Origin: Promethearchaeota archaeon
Lineage (GTDB): Archaea > Asgardarchaeota > Lokiarchaeia > Sigyniarchaeales > SOKP01
Reading direction: 5' to 3'
DNA length: 64,000 bases
Assembly: GCA_019058295.1 (NCBI GenBank)
Contig: JAHPZI010000018.1
Coordinates: forward strand, 2,134-66,133
A program made the position numbers and the translations under genes. Shown here one piece after another: positions 9,988 through 20,883 of this stretch (position 1 is its first letter; each line of letters opens with the position of its first letter). The notes beneath the pieces are model-generated. The model made no database searches and was not told the origin of the DNA. It was given only the letters and a program-made list of their open reading frames with translations.

Positions 9988-10950
9988 TTAATTTATTTCA
10001 TACTGTTGTTCATCACTCTTTCTTTCTCTTACAATCATTATTATTGAAAATATTACTATAATGGTTCCAATTAAGTGAAATAACGTAAAAGCATCTCCCA
10101 ATATAAAAAAAGCAAATAAAGCTGTAATAATCGGCGTAGGAGCGACTAGTATTGTAGCTTTTGAGATCTCCATGTACGAAATCGTTTTATACCAACAAAA
10201 TAAACCTAATCCTTGAACAACTCCAATAGCTATAAAATAAAAAATATTAACAGGGTCGTAAAACAGATTGACTTGAAAGGGAAAGAACAATAGATATGTA
10301 GAAAATAAGACTATTGTTCCTATAATGCTTCTTATAAAAACTATTGAAACCGGTGTAGCTTCTTTATTGTCAATAATAGGTTTAGTCTGGGTATGAGCCA
10401 AAGTCCAAAAACCACATACAATTACTAAAATTATTACTCCAAGTATTATTTCGGCATTAAACTCAGATACATCCACCTTCAACTCAGTTACAGCTAAAAA
10501 AAGACCAAAAAACAAAAAAATTGAAAAAACTATTTGTTTTTTTGAAATTTTCTCATTTAAAAACAAATAACCAAATACTAATGCAAATATTATCCTTGTC
10601 TTCGTTGCTAATGCACCATTAATTGCCCCTGCTAATTCAAATCCTATGAAGTAAAAAATACGTCCAAGACCAAATAAAACTCCTAAATATATTAAAAATT
10701 TTTTATTTTTTTTCCAACCATTTAAAAGAGATTCACTCTCATCTTGAGTTAATAGCCCATTTTCATATTTCGCTTTAAGATTCTTTCTCTCTATTATCAT
10801 TAATGGCAGAAACACAATACTCACAATTAAGAACGATGTAGCTGCGAATATATAAGGATCCAGAACTACTGGTCTTGAGAGTATTACTATTGGTTGTAAC
10901 CCAATTAAAAATCCACAAATAATGCCGAAGATATACCCTTTTTTTTCCAA
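9988..10950 (-). CDS. DMT/EamA-like 10-TM transporter (paralog 3 of 3)
   Basis: 320 aa. Same motifs as 3276..4256 and 4305..5249 (LNGWKKNKKFLIYLG, ELAGAINGALATKT, ILGDAFTLFHLIGTIIV). Confidence 0.55.
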   Translation of the reverse strand: MEKKGYIFGIICGFLIGLQPIVILSRPVVLDPYIFAATSFLIVSIVFLPLMIIERKNLKAKYENGLLTQDESESLLNGWKKNKKFLIYLGVLFGLGRIFYFIGFELAGAINGALATKTRIIFALVFGYLFLNEKISKKQIVFSIFLFFGLFLAVTELKVDVSEFNAEIILGVIILVIVCGFWTLAHTQTKPIIDNKEATPVSIVFIRSIIGTIVLFSTYLLFFPFQVNLFYDPVNIFYFIAIGVVQGLGLFCWYKTISYMEISKATILVAPTPIITALFAFFILGDAFTLFHLIGTIIVIFSIIMIVRERKSDEQQYEIN

Positions 10951-11021
10951 GATATAGATAAAAAAGAGGAGAAAATTAAAAACTTTGAGAAACTTAACAA
11001 ATTAAAAAAGAGGTAAAAATA

Positions 11022-11519
11022 ATGAATTTAAGAGAAGTGTTTGAAAAGAGAAAGAGCATTCGCAAGTTTACAGGCGAGCCAATTAAAGAGGATCAAATCA
11101 AATTAATTATGGAAGCTGCACAAATCGCTCCATCTGCATCTAATAAGCAACCTTATAAATTCATTGTAATAAAAAATGATGAATTCAAGAAGGTATTGAG
11201 AAAAAAAGCTGTACCACAGCGTTTCATAGAGAAAGCAGCCGTGATTTTTGTAGCATTAGGAAATAAAAAAGAAGCTGATTATTTTTATAAAGTGGATATT
11301 GGAATAGTAGTTCAACACATGGCTTTACAAGCAGCGGAATTAGGTTTGGGATCTTGCTGGTTGGGAGCAATTAAGAGAGATGAGCTCAGGGAATTGTTAA
11401 AAGTTCCAAATGATTGGGAAATAGTTGCCTTATTGGCAGTTGGCGTTCCTGGTCAAGATCCTCCTGCCAGACCGCGTAAGTCTTTGGATGAATTATTTGT
11501 CAATGACAGTTTTCAATAG
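11022..11519 (+). CDS. Nitroreductase-family flavoprotein
   Basis: 165 aa. The KRKSIRKFTGEPI...APSASNKQPYKF start is typical of the NADH-oxidase/nitroreductase fold. Confidence 0.75.
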   Translation: MNLREVFEKRKSIRKFTGEPIKEDQIKLIMEAAQIAPSASNKQPYKFIVIKNDEFKKVLRKKAVPQRFIEKAAVIFVALGNKKEADYFYKVDIGIVVQHMALQAAELGLGSCWLGAIKRDELRELLKVPNDWEIVALLAVGVPGQDPPARPRKSLDELFVNDSFQ

Positions 11520-11610
11520 ATTTAACTTATAAGTTATTAAAGAAGAAATAGAAAATGATATTTGTTTTGATGTTTTTTAACAAATAAATAGAATGAATAC
11601 AAGTGATTGA

Positions 11611-12981
11611 ATGTCCAAGAAATTTTCTAAGGAGCCATTAAGGGGGATGCGGGATTTTTACCCGACTGATTTAAGGGAAGTAAATTGGATAAAGAGCATT
11701 ATAGAGGGGATTGCAGATATATATTGTTATGAAGAATTTGAGGGCCCACTTCTGGAGCCAATAGAGATTTTCGCTGCGAAATCCTCTGATGAATTGGTAA
11801 ATGAGCAATCGTTTGTTGTTGAAAAGAAAAAAGGAGAGAGATTACTTTTAAGACCAGAGCTTACTCCAACGCTTGCGAGAATGATTGCTAAAAGAAGTCA
11901 GGAAATTAAGAAGCCCATACGTTGGTATTCAATCCCTATTTGTTATAGATACGAACGACCTCAAAAAGGGCGTCGAAGAGAGTTTAAGCAAGTAAATTTT
12001 GATATTTTAGGCGAAGATAGTCTTTATGCAGAATTAGAGATATTTAACATCAGCGTTGATATTTTTGTGAGTTTTGGTGCAACCGCTGATCAATTTCAGA
12101 TTTTTTATAATAATCGTAGATTTATAGACGCTATTTGTGAGCTTATTCTTGAGATTCCCGAGGATAAAATACCTCTGGTCTTTAAGATTTTAGATAAATC
12201 AGATAAAATGGAAGAGAGCGAATTTGAGAAGTATGTCATTGATTCCTTCCAAGATGAATTCATTGTTCAAGGAATCTTGAAACTGAAGGATTCTGACGGA
12301 ATAAAAGAATTATTGGATAAATTTGATAATATTCCTGAAAAATTTTACGATTCTGAGGGATATAAAGAAATTAAATCTTTAGAGGATTTAATCAATGAAA
12401 CGGGGCTTTCAGATTATTGTACATTCTCGTCGAGTGTCGTAAGAGGATTAGATTATTATACTGGAACTGTATTCGAGGTATTTGACACAGGGAAAGAAAA
12501 TATAAGAGCTATTTTTGGTGGTGGAAGATATGACGATTTATTATCTTTATTTTCTGATGAGCAATTATCTGGGATTGGATTTGGAATGGGAGTGTTGATG
12601 TTCTCTTTATTTTTAAAAACGTATAATTTAATTCCAGAGTTTGTTTATGAAAGGGATTTCTCTGATACAGTTTATATCACATGCGTTAACGAAAATGTAG
12701 CTAATTACGCTATTCAGCTCGCAGATATTATTCGGAGTGAAGATTTTCCTTGTATTATAGATTATAAATTTAAAAATTTAAAAAGTCAATTGAGCAGAGC
12801 GAGTGAGTTAGGGATTTTAATAGCTTTAATCATTGGAGAAGAAGAAATGGAACAAAATAAAGTCTCAATAAAAAATATGGCTGCAAATGAACAAAAAACG
12901 ATAAATTCTGAAGATATAATAGAGGAAATTTACAAAATTCTTGATGAATTTGAAGAGAAAAATGAGATTGAAGATAATTAA
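11611..12981 (+). CDS. hisS: Histidyl-tRNA synthetase (class II)
   Basis: 456 aa. LRGMRDFYP, RPELTPTLARM, RWYSIPICYRYERPQKGRRREFKQVNFDILG and GGGRYDDL motifs, plus a C-terminal anticodon-binding-like domain. Confidence 0.85.
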   Translation: MSKKFSKEPLRGMRDFYPTDLREVNWIKSIIEGIADIYCYEEFEGPLLEPIEIFAAKSSDELVNEQSFVVEKKKGERLLLRPELTPTLARMIAKRSQEIKKPIRWYSIPICYRYERPQKGRRREFKQVNFDILGEDSLYAELEIFNISVDIFVSFGATADQFQIFYNNRRFIDAICELILEIPEDKIPLVFKILDKSDKMEESEFEKYVIDSFQDEFIVQGILKLKDSDGIKELLDKFDNIPEKFYDSEGYKEIKSLEDLINETGLSDYCTFSSSVVRGLDYYTGTVFEVFDTGKENIRAIFGGGRYDDLLSLFSDEQLSGIGFGMGVLMFSLFLKTYNLIPEFVYERDFSDTVYITCVNENVANYAIQLADIIRSEDFPCIIDYKFKNLKSQLSRASELGILIALIIGEEEMEQNKVSIKNMAANEQKTINSEDIIEEIYKILDEFEEKNEIEDN

Positions 12982-13153
12982 TTTTATAACTTTCAAAAAT
13001 AAATAAGAAAGTGTGATATTTTCACAAAATTTTTAGAAAAAGAATATTTTTTTATTTTCTTATTCATTATACTTTTTTGTTAAGGAAAAGCTCTTTTAGG
13101 CTTTTAATCATCATTAAATATTAATTTGTAATTGAAAAGGGTGAAATACTAAA

Positions 13154-14263
13154 TTGAATATAAATATTGGTGTAATTGGTACGGGATTGATTGGATTAAT
13201 TCATTTATTCTCATTAAAACAAATAAAAGAAGAAAATTTAATATCTAAAAATGGAGTAAATATCAATATTAAACAAATCGCTGATATTGATGAAAATAAA
13301 TTGAATAAATTAAAAAAAAATAATCCTTATAATGTGGAGCGTTTTACGACTAATCCAGAGGACTTAATTTATGATAATTCAATTGATATCATATACATAG
13401 CGACTCCCACGAAATTTCATAAAGAATTTTTTTGTAAAGCGGCCGAGGAAGGTAAGAATATTTTCTGTGAAAAACCAATAGCTTTTTCTTTAGATGATAT
13501 CAAAGAAATGATTTCTTATGAAAAAAAATATGGAATTCTTACACAAACAGGATTAGTTTTGAGATATTGTCCGATATTCTGGAAATTCAAAGAAATTTTA
13601 TTAGATAAGAATCTACAATTTGGAGAGAGATTATCATTCATATTTCGAGATACACAGGAATGGCCTTTAGGAACTCAAACTCATCCGTCTGAATGGAGAA
13701 AAGATCCTTCCTTAGCGTATGCTGGTTGTTTATATGAACATGGTATTCATGATGTGGATTTGTTAAACTACCTTTTTAATGAAGAAGCTGAAATTTCGAA
13801 ATTAAAAGCTAAAATACGCTATGTTTCTCAATTAACGCAGGGAAGCATTGAAGATGTTGCAATCTTAAACATTGAATATTTAGATGGATTTTCGGGCAAT
13901 TTAATCGGAATTTGGAATAATGCTAGAATGGATGAGAGGCGGTTTGAAGTCTCTTTTGAAAATGGATTTCTGGTTTTGGATGGATATACTGGATTTTCTC
14001 TTAATAAATTTGAATATCTAATTAAAAAGAAAAAAAAAAGATTCACTATGAAAGATGTTACAATAGAATATTTGGAACAGAAAAATTATCCAAAGACAAC
14101 TTCAAACTTAGGGCCTTATTTATACGAGAATTTAAGTTTTTTAAATTCAGTGCTTAATGAGGAGAAACCATACCCTGGATTAGAAATTGGATATAAAGCG
14201 CATAATATTATTGAACTTGCTTATCAATCTTCAAAGGAAAATACAATAATTAATTTTAATTAA
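13154..14263 (+). CDS. Gfo/Idh/MocA-family NAD(P)-dependent oxidoreductase
   Basis: TTG start. NIGVIGTGLIG Rossmann start and the FCEKPIA (EKP) motif. Confidence 0.7.
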   Translation: MNINIGVIGTGLIGLIHLFSLKQIKEENLISKNGVNINIKQIADIDENKLNKLKKNNPYNVERFTTNPEDLIYDNSIDIIYIATPTKFHKEFFCKAAEEGKNIFCEKPIAFSLDDIKEMISYEKKYGILTQTGLVLRYCPIFWKFKEILLDKNLQFGERLSFIFRDTQEWPLGTQTHPSEWRKDPSLAYAGCLYEHGIHDVDLLNYLFNEEAEISKLKAKIRYVSQLTQGSIEDVAILNIEYLDGFSGNLIGIWNNARMDERRFEVSFENGFLVLDGYTGFSLNKFEYLIKKKKKRFTMKDVTIEYLEQKNYPKTTSNLGPYLYENLSFLNSVLNEEKPYPGLEIGYKAHNIIELAYQSSKENTIINFN

Positions 14264-14296
14264 TAGAAGATAATTAATTGAATTTTTAAATAAATT

Positions 14297-14893
14297 ATGG
14301 AAACCATTAAACCAATTTTAAATATAGATGAAAAAATTTTATGGAAAAGTAATCCCTCATTTTATAAATCAAAACGAGCAATATTAATTACTTATATTGT
14401 ATGTGAATTATTCTCAAGCTTCTTGTTAATTATTAGTATAATAAAAATAGATTTATTTTGGATTATATGGTCACTAATTTATATGGTTTTCTTTAATATA
14501 ATAATCTATCTAGGGCATATACTTTTAAAAAATGTTGAAAAATCTATATATTTGATTACAGACAAACGAGTTATTGAAAAATCCTCTATAGTTCGCCGAA
14601 TCGATTTTTCTAAGGCTCCAAGTAATTCTTTAAAAGTTGAAGGAGATATAGTTGCTGTTGATATTTCATCAATTAAAAGAATTATAATTAAAAGGTTTGA
14701 ATTATCTTGGAAATTTGAATTCTATATAAATTTGGAAAAAGATGTTTATTCTTGGATAACTTTTCGAGGAATTACCGAATTTTCGGAAATAAAGAAAATT
14801 TTAGCTAAATTAATCCCTTTCAGAGAAGAAAGGATAAAAAAAAGAAATAAACTTAAAAAAATTATCCTTTTAAGAGAAAATGGAACGATTTGA
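14297..14893 (+). CDS. Membrane protein, possible bacterial-PH (YdbS/DUF304-like) domain
   Basis: 198 aa. Two central TM segments followed by LITDKRVIEKS. Weak family assignment. Ends in TGA. Confidence 0.3.
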   Translation: METIKPILNIDEKILWKSNPSFYKSKRAILITYIVCELFSSFLLIISIIKIDLFWIIWSLIYMVFFNIIIYLGHILLKNVEKSIYLITDKRVIEKSSIVRRIDFSKAPSNSLKVEGDIVAVDISSIKRIIIKRFELSWKFEFYINLEKDVYSWITFRGITEFSEIKKILAKLIPFREERIKKRNKLKKIILLRENGTI

Positions 14894-14943
14894 TGTTAAT
14901 ACTTTTAATTTTTTAAGATTATGAAAATTAATTAAATAGAAAA

Positions 14944-16659
14944 ATGTTGAGGACTTTGGATATCACATTATTTAAAGACGCAGAAATCATTACTATGGAC
15001 AAAGATAATTCGATATATGATTGCATGGCGGTTTATAATGACACAATTTTAGATATTGGAGAATATAATAATGTTATAAAGAATGTAAATAAAACTATCA
15101 AAGATATTGAAGAAAAAGAAAATAAAAAAATAACATTTAAAGAGAAGATCTTAAAGGGATGCTGTATTGTTCCTGGTTTTATCGATGGTCACCTCCATCC
15201 AATCATAGCAATTTATTTTAAAACACAGATTGAGTTATCAAATATTAAAAGTTATTCACAATTGAAAGACGTTTTAATAAATGAAGATAAAGTGAGAGAA
15301 AAAGATGAATGGATTTTAGGTTTTGATTTAATGGAAGATAGATTTATAAATGAAGAAGAAAGATATTTTCCAAATAGAACGAAATTGGATGAATTTGGTT
15401 TAAATAGACCAATTGCAATTTTTAGATCTGATGGTCATATATGCGGAGTAAATTCTATCGCTTTAGATTTGATGGGTATAAATCAGTCAAATGTTAAGGA
15501 AATGATTCTTACATTTGGAGAGATTCAAATTGATAGAAAGGGCATCCCAACGGGCATATTTATAGAAGACGCAAAAAATATCATTTTAGAAAGAATACCT
15601 GTCCCCAGTATTGAAAGAATTAAAGAAGCAATCCAATTGTTTTCTGATGAATTAGCATCATATGGAATAACATCATTTGGATGTTTTGTACAGGAGGGTG
15701 AAAAGGGATTCACTGGGAAAATCGGGAGGGTAGAAATACAATTATTAAAATATTTGATTAAAGAGAATTTAATCAAACAAGATTTCACTATTTTTTTGGA
15801 TACTGAGAAACCTAAAAAACTAAATCGTTTAAACAATACTATAATCAAGTTAATTGGTAATAATGAAAAAATTAATGTGGGAGGTATCAAAGGTTTTGCT
15901 GATGGTACTTTCGCGGCTTTCACAGCATATATGTATGAACCTTTTTCTGATTCATTAGAAAAGAAGACAGGATTTTTGGTAAAAGAAAAAGAAGATCTTT
16001 TTCAACTTTTTAAAGAATCTTTCAATTTAAAATATCACTTAGCATGTCATGCTATTGGTGATAGAGCCAATAGAATCATTGTAGATGTTTATAAAGATAT
16101 TATAAAGAATGATGGTAATAATCCATCTTTAAAAAACAACAATCAACCCATAAGATTTAGAATTGAACATGCTTCTCTAATTAACGATGAAACTATAAAA
16201 GATGCAGCAGACCTTGGCATTATTATAGTAAGCCAACCTCTCTTTATAGACAGTGATCATACTTTGTTAGAAAAAAGATTAGGACCTGAACGGATAAAGA
16301 ATTGCTATCCATTTAGGTCTATTATTGATTCAGGTATAATCTTAGCAGGAGCTTCCGATGCGCCAGCCGAACCCCCCGATATATTAAAGGCAATTCAAAT
16401 TTGTATTACTAGAGACGGATTTGTTCCAGAACAAGCAATTACAGTAAAAGAAGCTTTAAAAATGTTTACTTATAACGCAGCTTATTCACTCGGGCAAGAA
16501 AAAAAGAAAGGTAGTTTAGAGAAAGGGAAACTAGCTGATTTCGTCATTTTAAATCGAGATATTACGTCAATTTCTATTGATGAAATTACAAATACTAAAA
16601 TATTAGGTACATATCATAGAGGAAACAAAATATATTCAAAAAAAAATATTAACGAATAA
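14944..16659 (+). CDS. Metal-dependent amidohydrolase (Amidohydro_3-like)
   Basis: 571 aa. VPGFIDGHLHP metal-binding start, HAIGDRA, RIEHAS and GASDAP blocks. Confidence 0.7.
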   Translation: MLRTLDITLFKDAEIITMDKDNSIYDCMAVYNDTILDIGEYNNVIKNVNKTIKDIEEKENKKITFKEKILKGCCIVPGFIDGHLHPIIAIYFKTQIELSNIKSYSQLKDVLINEDKVREKDEWILGFDLMEDRFINEEERYFPNRTKLDEFGLNRPIAIFRSDGHICGVNSIALDLMGINQSNVKEMILTFGEIQIDRKGIPTGIFIEDAKNIILERIPVPSIERIKEAIQLFSDELASYGITSFGCFVQEGEKGFTGKIGRVEIQLLKYLIKENLIKQDFTIFLDTEKPKKLNRLNNTIIKLIGNNEKINVGGIKGFADGTFAAFTAYMYEPFSDSLEKKTGFLVKEKEDLFQLFKESFNLKYHLACHAIGDRANRIIVDVYKDIIKNDGNNPSLKNNNQPIRFRIEHASLINDETIKDAADLGIIIVSQPLFIDSDHTLLEKRLGPERIKNCYPFRSIIDSGIILAGASDAPAEPPDILKAIQICITRDGFVPEQAITVKEALKMFTYNAAYSLGQEKKKGSLEKGKLADFVILNRDITSISIDEITNTKILGTYHRGNKIYSKKNINE

Positions 16660-16826
16660 AAGCCGATTAATATTTAACATGGAACTTGGAAAGATTGATA
16701 ATGATCAAAGGGCAATAGGTAATATTATATGGTTATTTAGAGAATGCATGAGAAAGGATTATATGTCCGTGTTGATTGATTTAAAAGTTTCTAATCCATA
16801 CTATATTAATATAAATTAAAAGAGAA

Positions 16827-17996
16827 TTATTTTTCAATAGATATTGCGGGTTTAACTGCATATTTTTCTAATGCTTTTTCATCTAATTTAACGCCCCATC
16901 CAATACCGTCAGGGACTTCCACAGTACCCTTATCATATTTAAGAGCATCAACAATTAGATCATCTTCAAACATAATATATCCAAATAATTCTGGATGAAA
17001 TCCCAATGAATCAAATTTAGCTGTAGCTAAATGAATAAGAGCTGCTGATGAAATACCTAAAGGTTGACTATTTATAATTGTGCCCATTCCTTTTTGCTTG
17101 GCATAATCAATTACTTTTATAATATTGGAAATTCCTCCAGGGAGCTCCATATTCACTCCCGCAGCTCTAACCGCACCAAGTTCAACTAAGACAGTGAAAT
17201 CTCTGAAAGAATAAAAACCCTCATGAGCAAATATCGGGATATTAACATTTTTTTGAACAAAAGCCATTCCAAGATAGTCATCTTTATCAACAGGTTGTTC
17301 TGCGGCTTCAATTCCGAAAATCTCAATTGCATTGATTGCGCGAATGGCTTCTTCTGTTTTATAAGCTTGATTATAATCTACGCGTAATCTTATATCAGAT
17401 CCAACTTCATCCCGGATGTTTTTAGAGATTTCTATGTCCTCCTCAACATTTCTGCCCAATTTATATCTAATAGTTTTATAACCTGACTTTACATATCCTT
17501 TAGTAATAAATTTCATGGTATTTAAATCAGCAAGAGGAACTAAAGCTGTTAACGGGATTTTATCAACTTGTTTTCCTCCTATTAGATCATATACAGGTTG
17601 ACTAGAGATTTGTCCTATTAAATCATAACAAGCCATATCTAATATACCTTTAGCAACTTCAGTTCGAGCGACATTATCATTCATTTTTTTATTGATTTTA
17701 TTAAAATTTTGAGGGTCTTCACCTAATACATACTTATATAATTCATTTTCAATAGCATCAATTATTTGGTTAGGTGATACTCCCGTCTCAGGTAACCAAA
17801 CCACCATCTCACCAAGACCCATTGTTCCATCTTTAGTAAATATTTGACAAATAACAGCTTCTCCTCCCTGCCAAGGTTCATCTGTATGAATTGCCATCCC
17901 ATGCCCTCCTTCGCTGGAATCCATAATTGCTCTTACAGCTTTTTTAAATGGCACAAAAATAGGAGTTAATCTTATTTCTACAATCTCATTGGTCAT
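16827..17996 (-). CDS. Enolase-superfamily enzyme (mandelate racemase / muconate lactonizing / dipeptide epimerase-like)
   Basis: 389 aa. YKLG...RVDYNQAY...AEQP...HEG pattern of metal ligands typical of the MR/MLE subgroup. Confidence 0.7.
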   Translation of the reverse strand: MTNEIVEIRLTPIFVPFKKAVRAIMDSSEGGHGMAIHTDEPWQGGEAVICQIFTKDGTMGLGEMVVWLPETGVSPNQIIDAIENELYKYVLGEDPQNFNKINKKMNDNVARTEVAKGILDMACYDLIGQISSQPVYDLIGGKQVDKIPLTALVPLADLNTMKFITKGYVKSGYKTIRYKLGRNVEEDIEISKNIRDEVGSDIRLRVDYNQAYKTEEAIRAINAIEIFGIEAAEQPVDKDDYLGMAFVQKNVNIPIFAHEGFYSFRDFTVLVELGAVRAAGVNMELPGGISNIIKVIDYAKQKGMGTIINSQPLGISSAALIHLATAKFDSLGFHPELFGYIMFEDDLIVDALKYDKGTVEVPDGIGWGVKLDEKALEKYAVKPAISIEK

Positions 17997-18060
17997 AATT
18001 TATATTATATACTGATTTTATTATACTTTTTTATTAATAGGAAGTTCAATTATAAATTAT

Positions 18061-19188
18061 TCATTCAATAAATTGTTTAATTTTAATAGGTTTCCCTCTC
18101 GAACGAGCTGATTGAGATGCAGCCATTCCCGCTATACAGAAATTTGCCCCGATTTTCGCATGTATTGGTGATTTTTTATTTTTTTCAATTGCGGTTAGCC
18201 ACTCATTCATAATCCGAGTTGAAGCCCCATAATGAAGACCATCTAAAGGTGGAACAATTTCAGCTAATTGATCTTTATCAATTTTTTTTGATCTTCCTTT
18301 TCTATGGAGATTTTTCGTGATTTTATGCCCATCTGCCAGGAAAAATTTACCTGGTTTACCAATTTGATAGCATTCATAGGTTCCCGTCCTACCAACAACT
18401 TGGATTATAAGGCGATTAGGCTCCCGGGCAAAAATGTATGCATTGGCACATTTCGCAATTGCTCCCGTTTCGGTTCTAAATAGTCCTACATGAAACGCTT
18501 TAGCAGGATTGCATATAGCCTTCCCTTCAAATCCCCCAATATCATTTGAATAGCTTACTACTTCTATAAAGGGCATAGGAGTCTCAATACCACCCATAGC
18601 AACTTGAGCAGGACCAATAGAATGAGCATACATTAAAGGATCAAACTGCTGATACCAAGAGTCCACACGTGGGACATCAATATCCCCGTGTCTTTCTTCT
18701 CTCCATCGATAAGTAACATCATGTAGATATTCAGATTCTGCATATACAATTGGACCAATTTTTCCAGATGAAGCAAGATAACCTGCGTATAATACCTCGG
18801 AAAAAAAGCAATAATTTTCTCCTAAGAGATATATTTTTCCTGATTGTTCTTCAGCAGCGATAATTTTCTCAAGATATTTTTCCTCTATTGCCATTGGTAC
18901 TTCAGAAAACACGTGTAAACCAGCCTCCAATGCAGCAACAGCTTGTTCTGCATGAAATCGTGGTGGACTACTAATAATTATAGCATCAAGTTCGGGAGTA
19001 TCCAGAAAATCATCAAATGACTCAGCTGCTTTAATCTCATTTAATTCCTTTAATTTTTGAGTAGCTTCTGGATTTGGATCAAATCCTGCAATTAGGATGG
19101 AGCGTCCTTGAAGTATTGGAAATTTCGAAAGCTCCATTACATGACTGAAACCATTAAGTCCATACCCTACTAATCCATAATTTATCAT
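18061..19188 (-). CDS. Gfo/Idh/MocA-family oxidoreductase
   Basis: 375 aa. N-terminal YGLVGYGLNG Rossmann start and an EVPMA (EKP-like) motif. Confidence 0.7.
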   Translation of the reverse strand: MINYGLVGYGLNGFSHVMELSKFPILQGRSILIAGFDPNPEATQKLKELNEIKAAESFDDFLDTPELDAIIISSPPRFHAEQAVAALEAGLHVFSEVPMAIEEKYLEKIIAAEEQSGKIYLLGENYCFFSEVLYAGYLASSGKIGPIVYAESEYLHDVTYRWREERHGDIDVPRVDSWYQQFDPLMYAHSIGPAQVAMGGIETPMPFIEVVSYSNDIGGFEGKAICNPAKAFHVGLFRTETGAIAKCANAYIFAREPNRLIIQVVGRTGTYECYQIGKPGKFFLADGHKITKNLHRKGRSKKIDKDQLAEIVPPLDGLHYGASTRIMNEWLTAIEKNKKSPIHAKIGANFCIAGMAASQSARSRGKPIKIKQFIE

Positions 19189-19314
19189 TATAAAATTATT
19201 AAATCTATATTAATTGAGACTAATAATAATTATAGATTATAATATGCTAAAAGTTAATTGATTAAAAAAAATATAATTCTCAATAATTAAAGTTATTTAC
19301 ATCAAGAATGAAAT

Positions 19315-20232
19315 ATGATCTTTGTAGAAAAATTAATTGAACTAATCAAAGAGAAGAAAAGTGTTGTTTGTATGGGGCTTGATCCCCGAATGGACGACAG
19401 AGGGCAAATTCCTAAGTACTTAGTTGATGATCTTAATGAACCAAACGAAATTATCACAGAATTCAATAAAACCTTAATTGATAATGCATACGATTTAATC
19501 CCAATTATTAAACCTCAAATTGCCTTCTATGAAAAATATGAAGCATTAAGCGCTTTAAAAGAAACTATAAACTATGCTCATAAAAAAGACTTATTAGTAA
19601 TTTTAGATTCTAAGAGAAATGATATTGGATCAACTTCTGAAGCATATGCTCATTCTAATTTTAAAGTATATGGTGCTGATGCTTGCACTGTAAATGCTTA
19701 TTTTGGAATTGATGGCGTCCAACCTTTTTTGGACTATAAAGATAAAGGCGTATTTATTCTCGTAAAGACTTCAAATCCAAGCAGTCGAGAATTTCAAAAT
19801 ATTTTTAGTGCTGAGATAAGAGGCATTCCTGATACTCAAATTGAGATGATTGCAAAAGAGATAAAATTAGAGCGAAATTATATCTATATGGCAAGATTGG
19901 TGAATAAATGGGGTAAAAATTTAACAGATTTTTCCGGATATCATAATCTTGGTGTAGTTGTTGGTGCTACTTATCCTGATGAATTAAAACAAATCAGAGA
20001 GATACTAAAAAATTCATTTATTTTAATTCCTGGGTATGGTGCTCAAGGGGCTCAAGCAAAAGATATTAAATATGGTTTTAATGATGATGGTTTAGGGGGA
20101 ATTGTAAATTCATCACGAAAAATAATGTTTGCTTACCACTATAGGAAAATAAAACCAACAGAGTATGCTAAGGCTGCAAGAGAAGAAATTATTGATATGA
20201 ACATAAAAATAAATAAAGAAATAGGAATCTAA
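19315..20232 (+). CDS. pyrF: Orotidine 5'-phosphate decarboxylase, type 2
   Basis: 305 aa. VCMGLDPR, KPQIAFYE, ILDSKRNDIGSTSEAY and PGYGAQG blocks. Confidence 0.8.
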   Translation: MIFVEKLIELIKEKKSVVCMGLDPRMDDRGQIPKYLVDDLNEPNEIITEFNKTLIDNAYDLIPIIKPQIAFYEKYEALSALKETINYAHKKDLLVILDSKRNDIGSTSEAYAHSNFKVYGADACTVNAYFGIDGVQPFLDYKDKGVFILVKTSNPSSREFQNIFSAEIRGIPDTQIEMIAKEIKLERNYIYMARLVNKWGKNLTDFSGYHNLGVVVGATYPDELKQIREILKNSFILIPGYGAQGAQAKDIKYGFNDDGLGGIVNSSRKIMFAYHYRKIKPTEYAKAAREEIIDMNIKINKEIGI

Positions 20233-20257
20233 ACATTTAGTTTAGGAATTTAAAATT

Positions 20258-20674
20258 TTAGGTTGGAATAAATTGAACTATCAACGCAATGATAGAAAAT
20301 GAAACGATTAAAAAAGGAGCCACCATTAATCCAAAGACGAGCAATGCTCGTTTTATTCCAAGTCGGTGAAGAATATTTAAAATATTAACCTCCATAAATA
20401 ATACTAAAACTAAAAATATAATTATTAAAATTATTTCAGGACCTTGTTCTCCAAAAGCACCTGAGAGACCCAAGAATATCAAAGGAAGGCCAATAAAAAA
20501 GAACATTCCAACTTGAATTCCAAAACTTCCTAAAAGCCATTTAAATCCGGTTCTAGTTTCAGCTTTGCTAATTACTAATCCAATTTTTAACAAAATTAAT
20601 CCTACTATGAAAGCTATAATAATTACATAAATTATTACTATGACCCAGTATGGTCCACCATTTTGAAGTAACAT
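20258..20674 (-). CDS. Small integral membrane protein (4 TM), unknown function
   Basis: 138 aa, almost entirely hydrophobic segments. No recognisable family. Confidence 0.35.
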   Translation of the reverse strand: MLLQNGGPYWVIVIIYVIIIAFIVGLILLKIGLVISKAETRTGFKWLLGSFGIQVGMFFFIGLPLIFLGLSGAFGEQGPEIILIIIFLVLVLFMEVNILNILHRLGIKRALLVFGLMVAPFLIVSFSIIALIVQFIPT

Positions 20675-20883
20675 ACTACAAGTAATTCTTTAAAAATTAG
20701 TAAATTTTATTTTTAAATTAAATTTTGTTTCTTAACTTATAAAACATATAAGCAAAATTTTTGATTTAAATTTATTTTTTCACAATTAGATATTTTATAT
20801 TACATTGTGTATTTAAATTCTTAATTATATTTTACAATAATTTAAGGAGGAATAACCAAAAAATTAGAAAGGAATGATTTGCA

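Noticed and set aside
16679-16819. 46-codon ORF (MELGKIDNDQRAIGNIIWLFRECMRKDYMSVLIDLKVSNPYYININ) between the amidohydrolase and the enolase-superfamily gene
   Set aside because: No motif, no clear ribosome-binding site, and it sits between convergent genes. It may be real, but it is unsupported.
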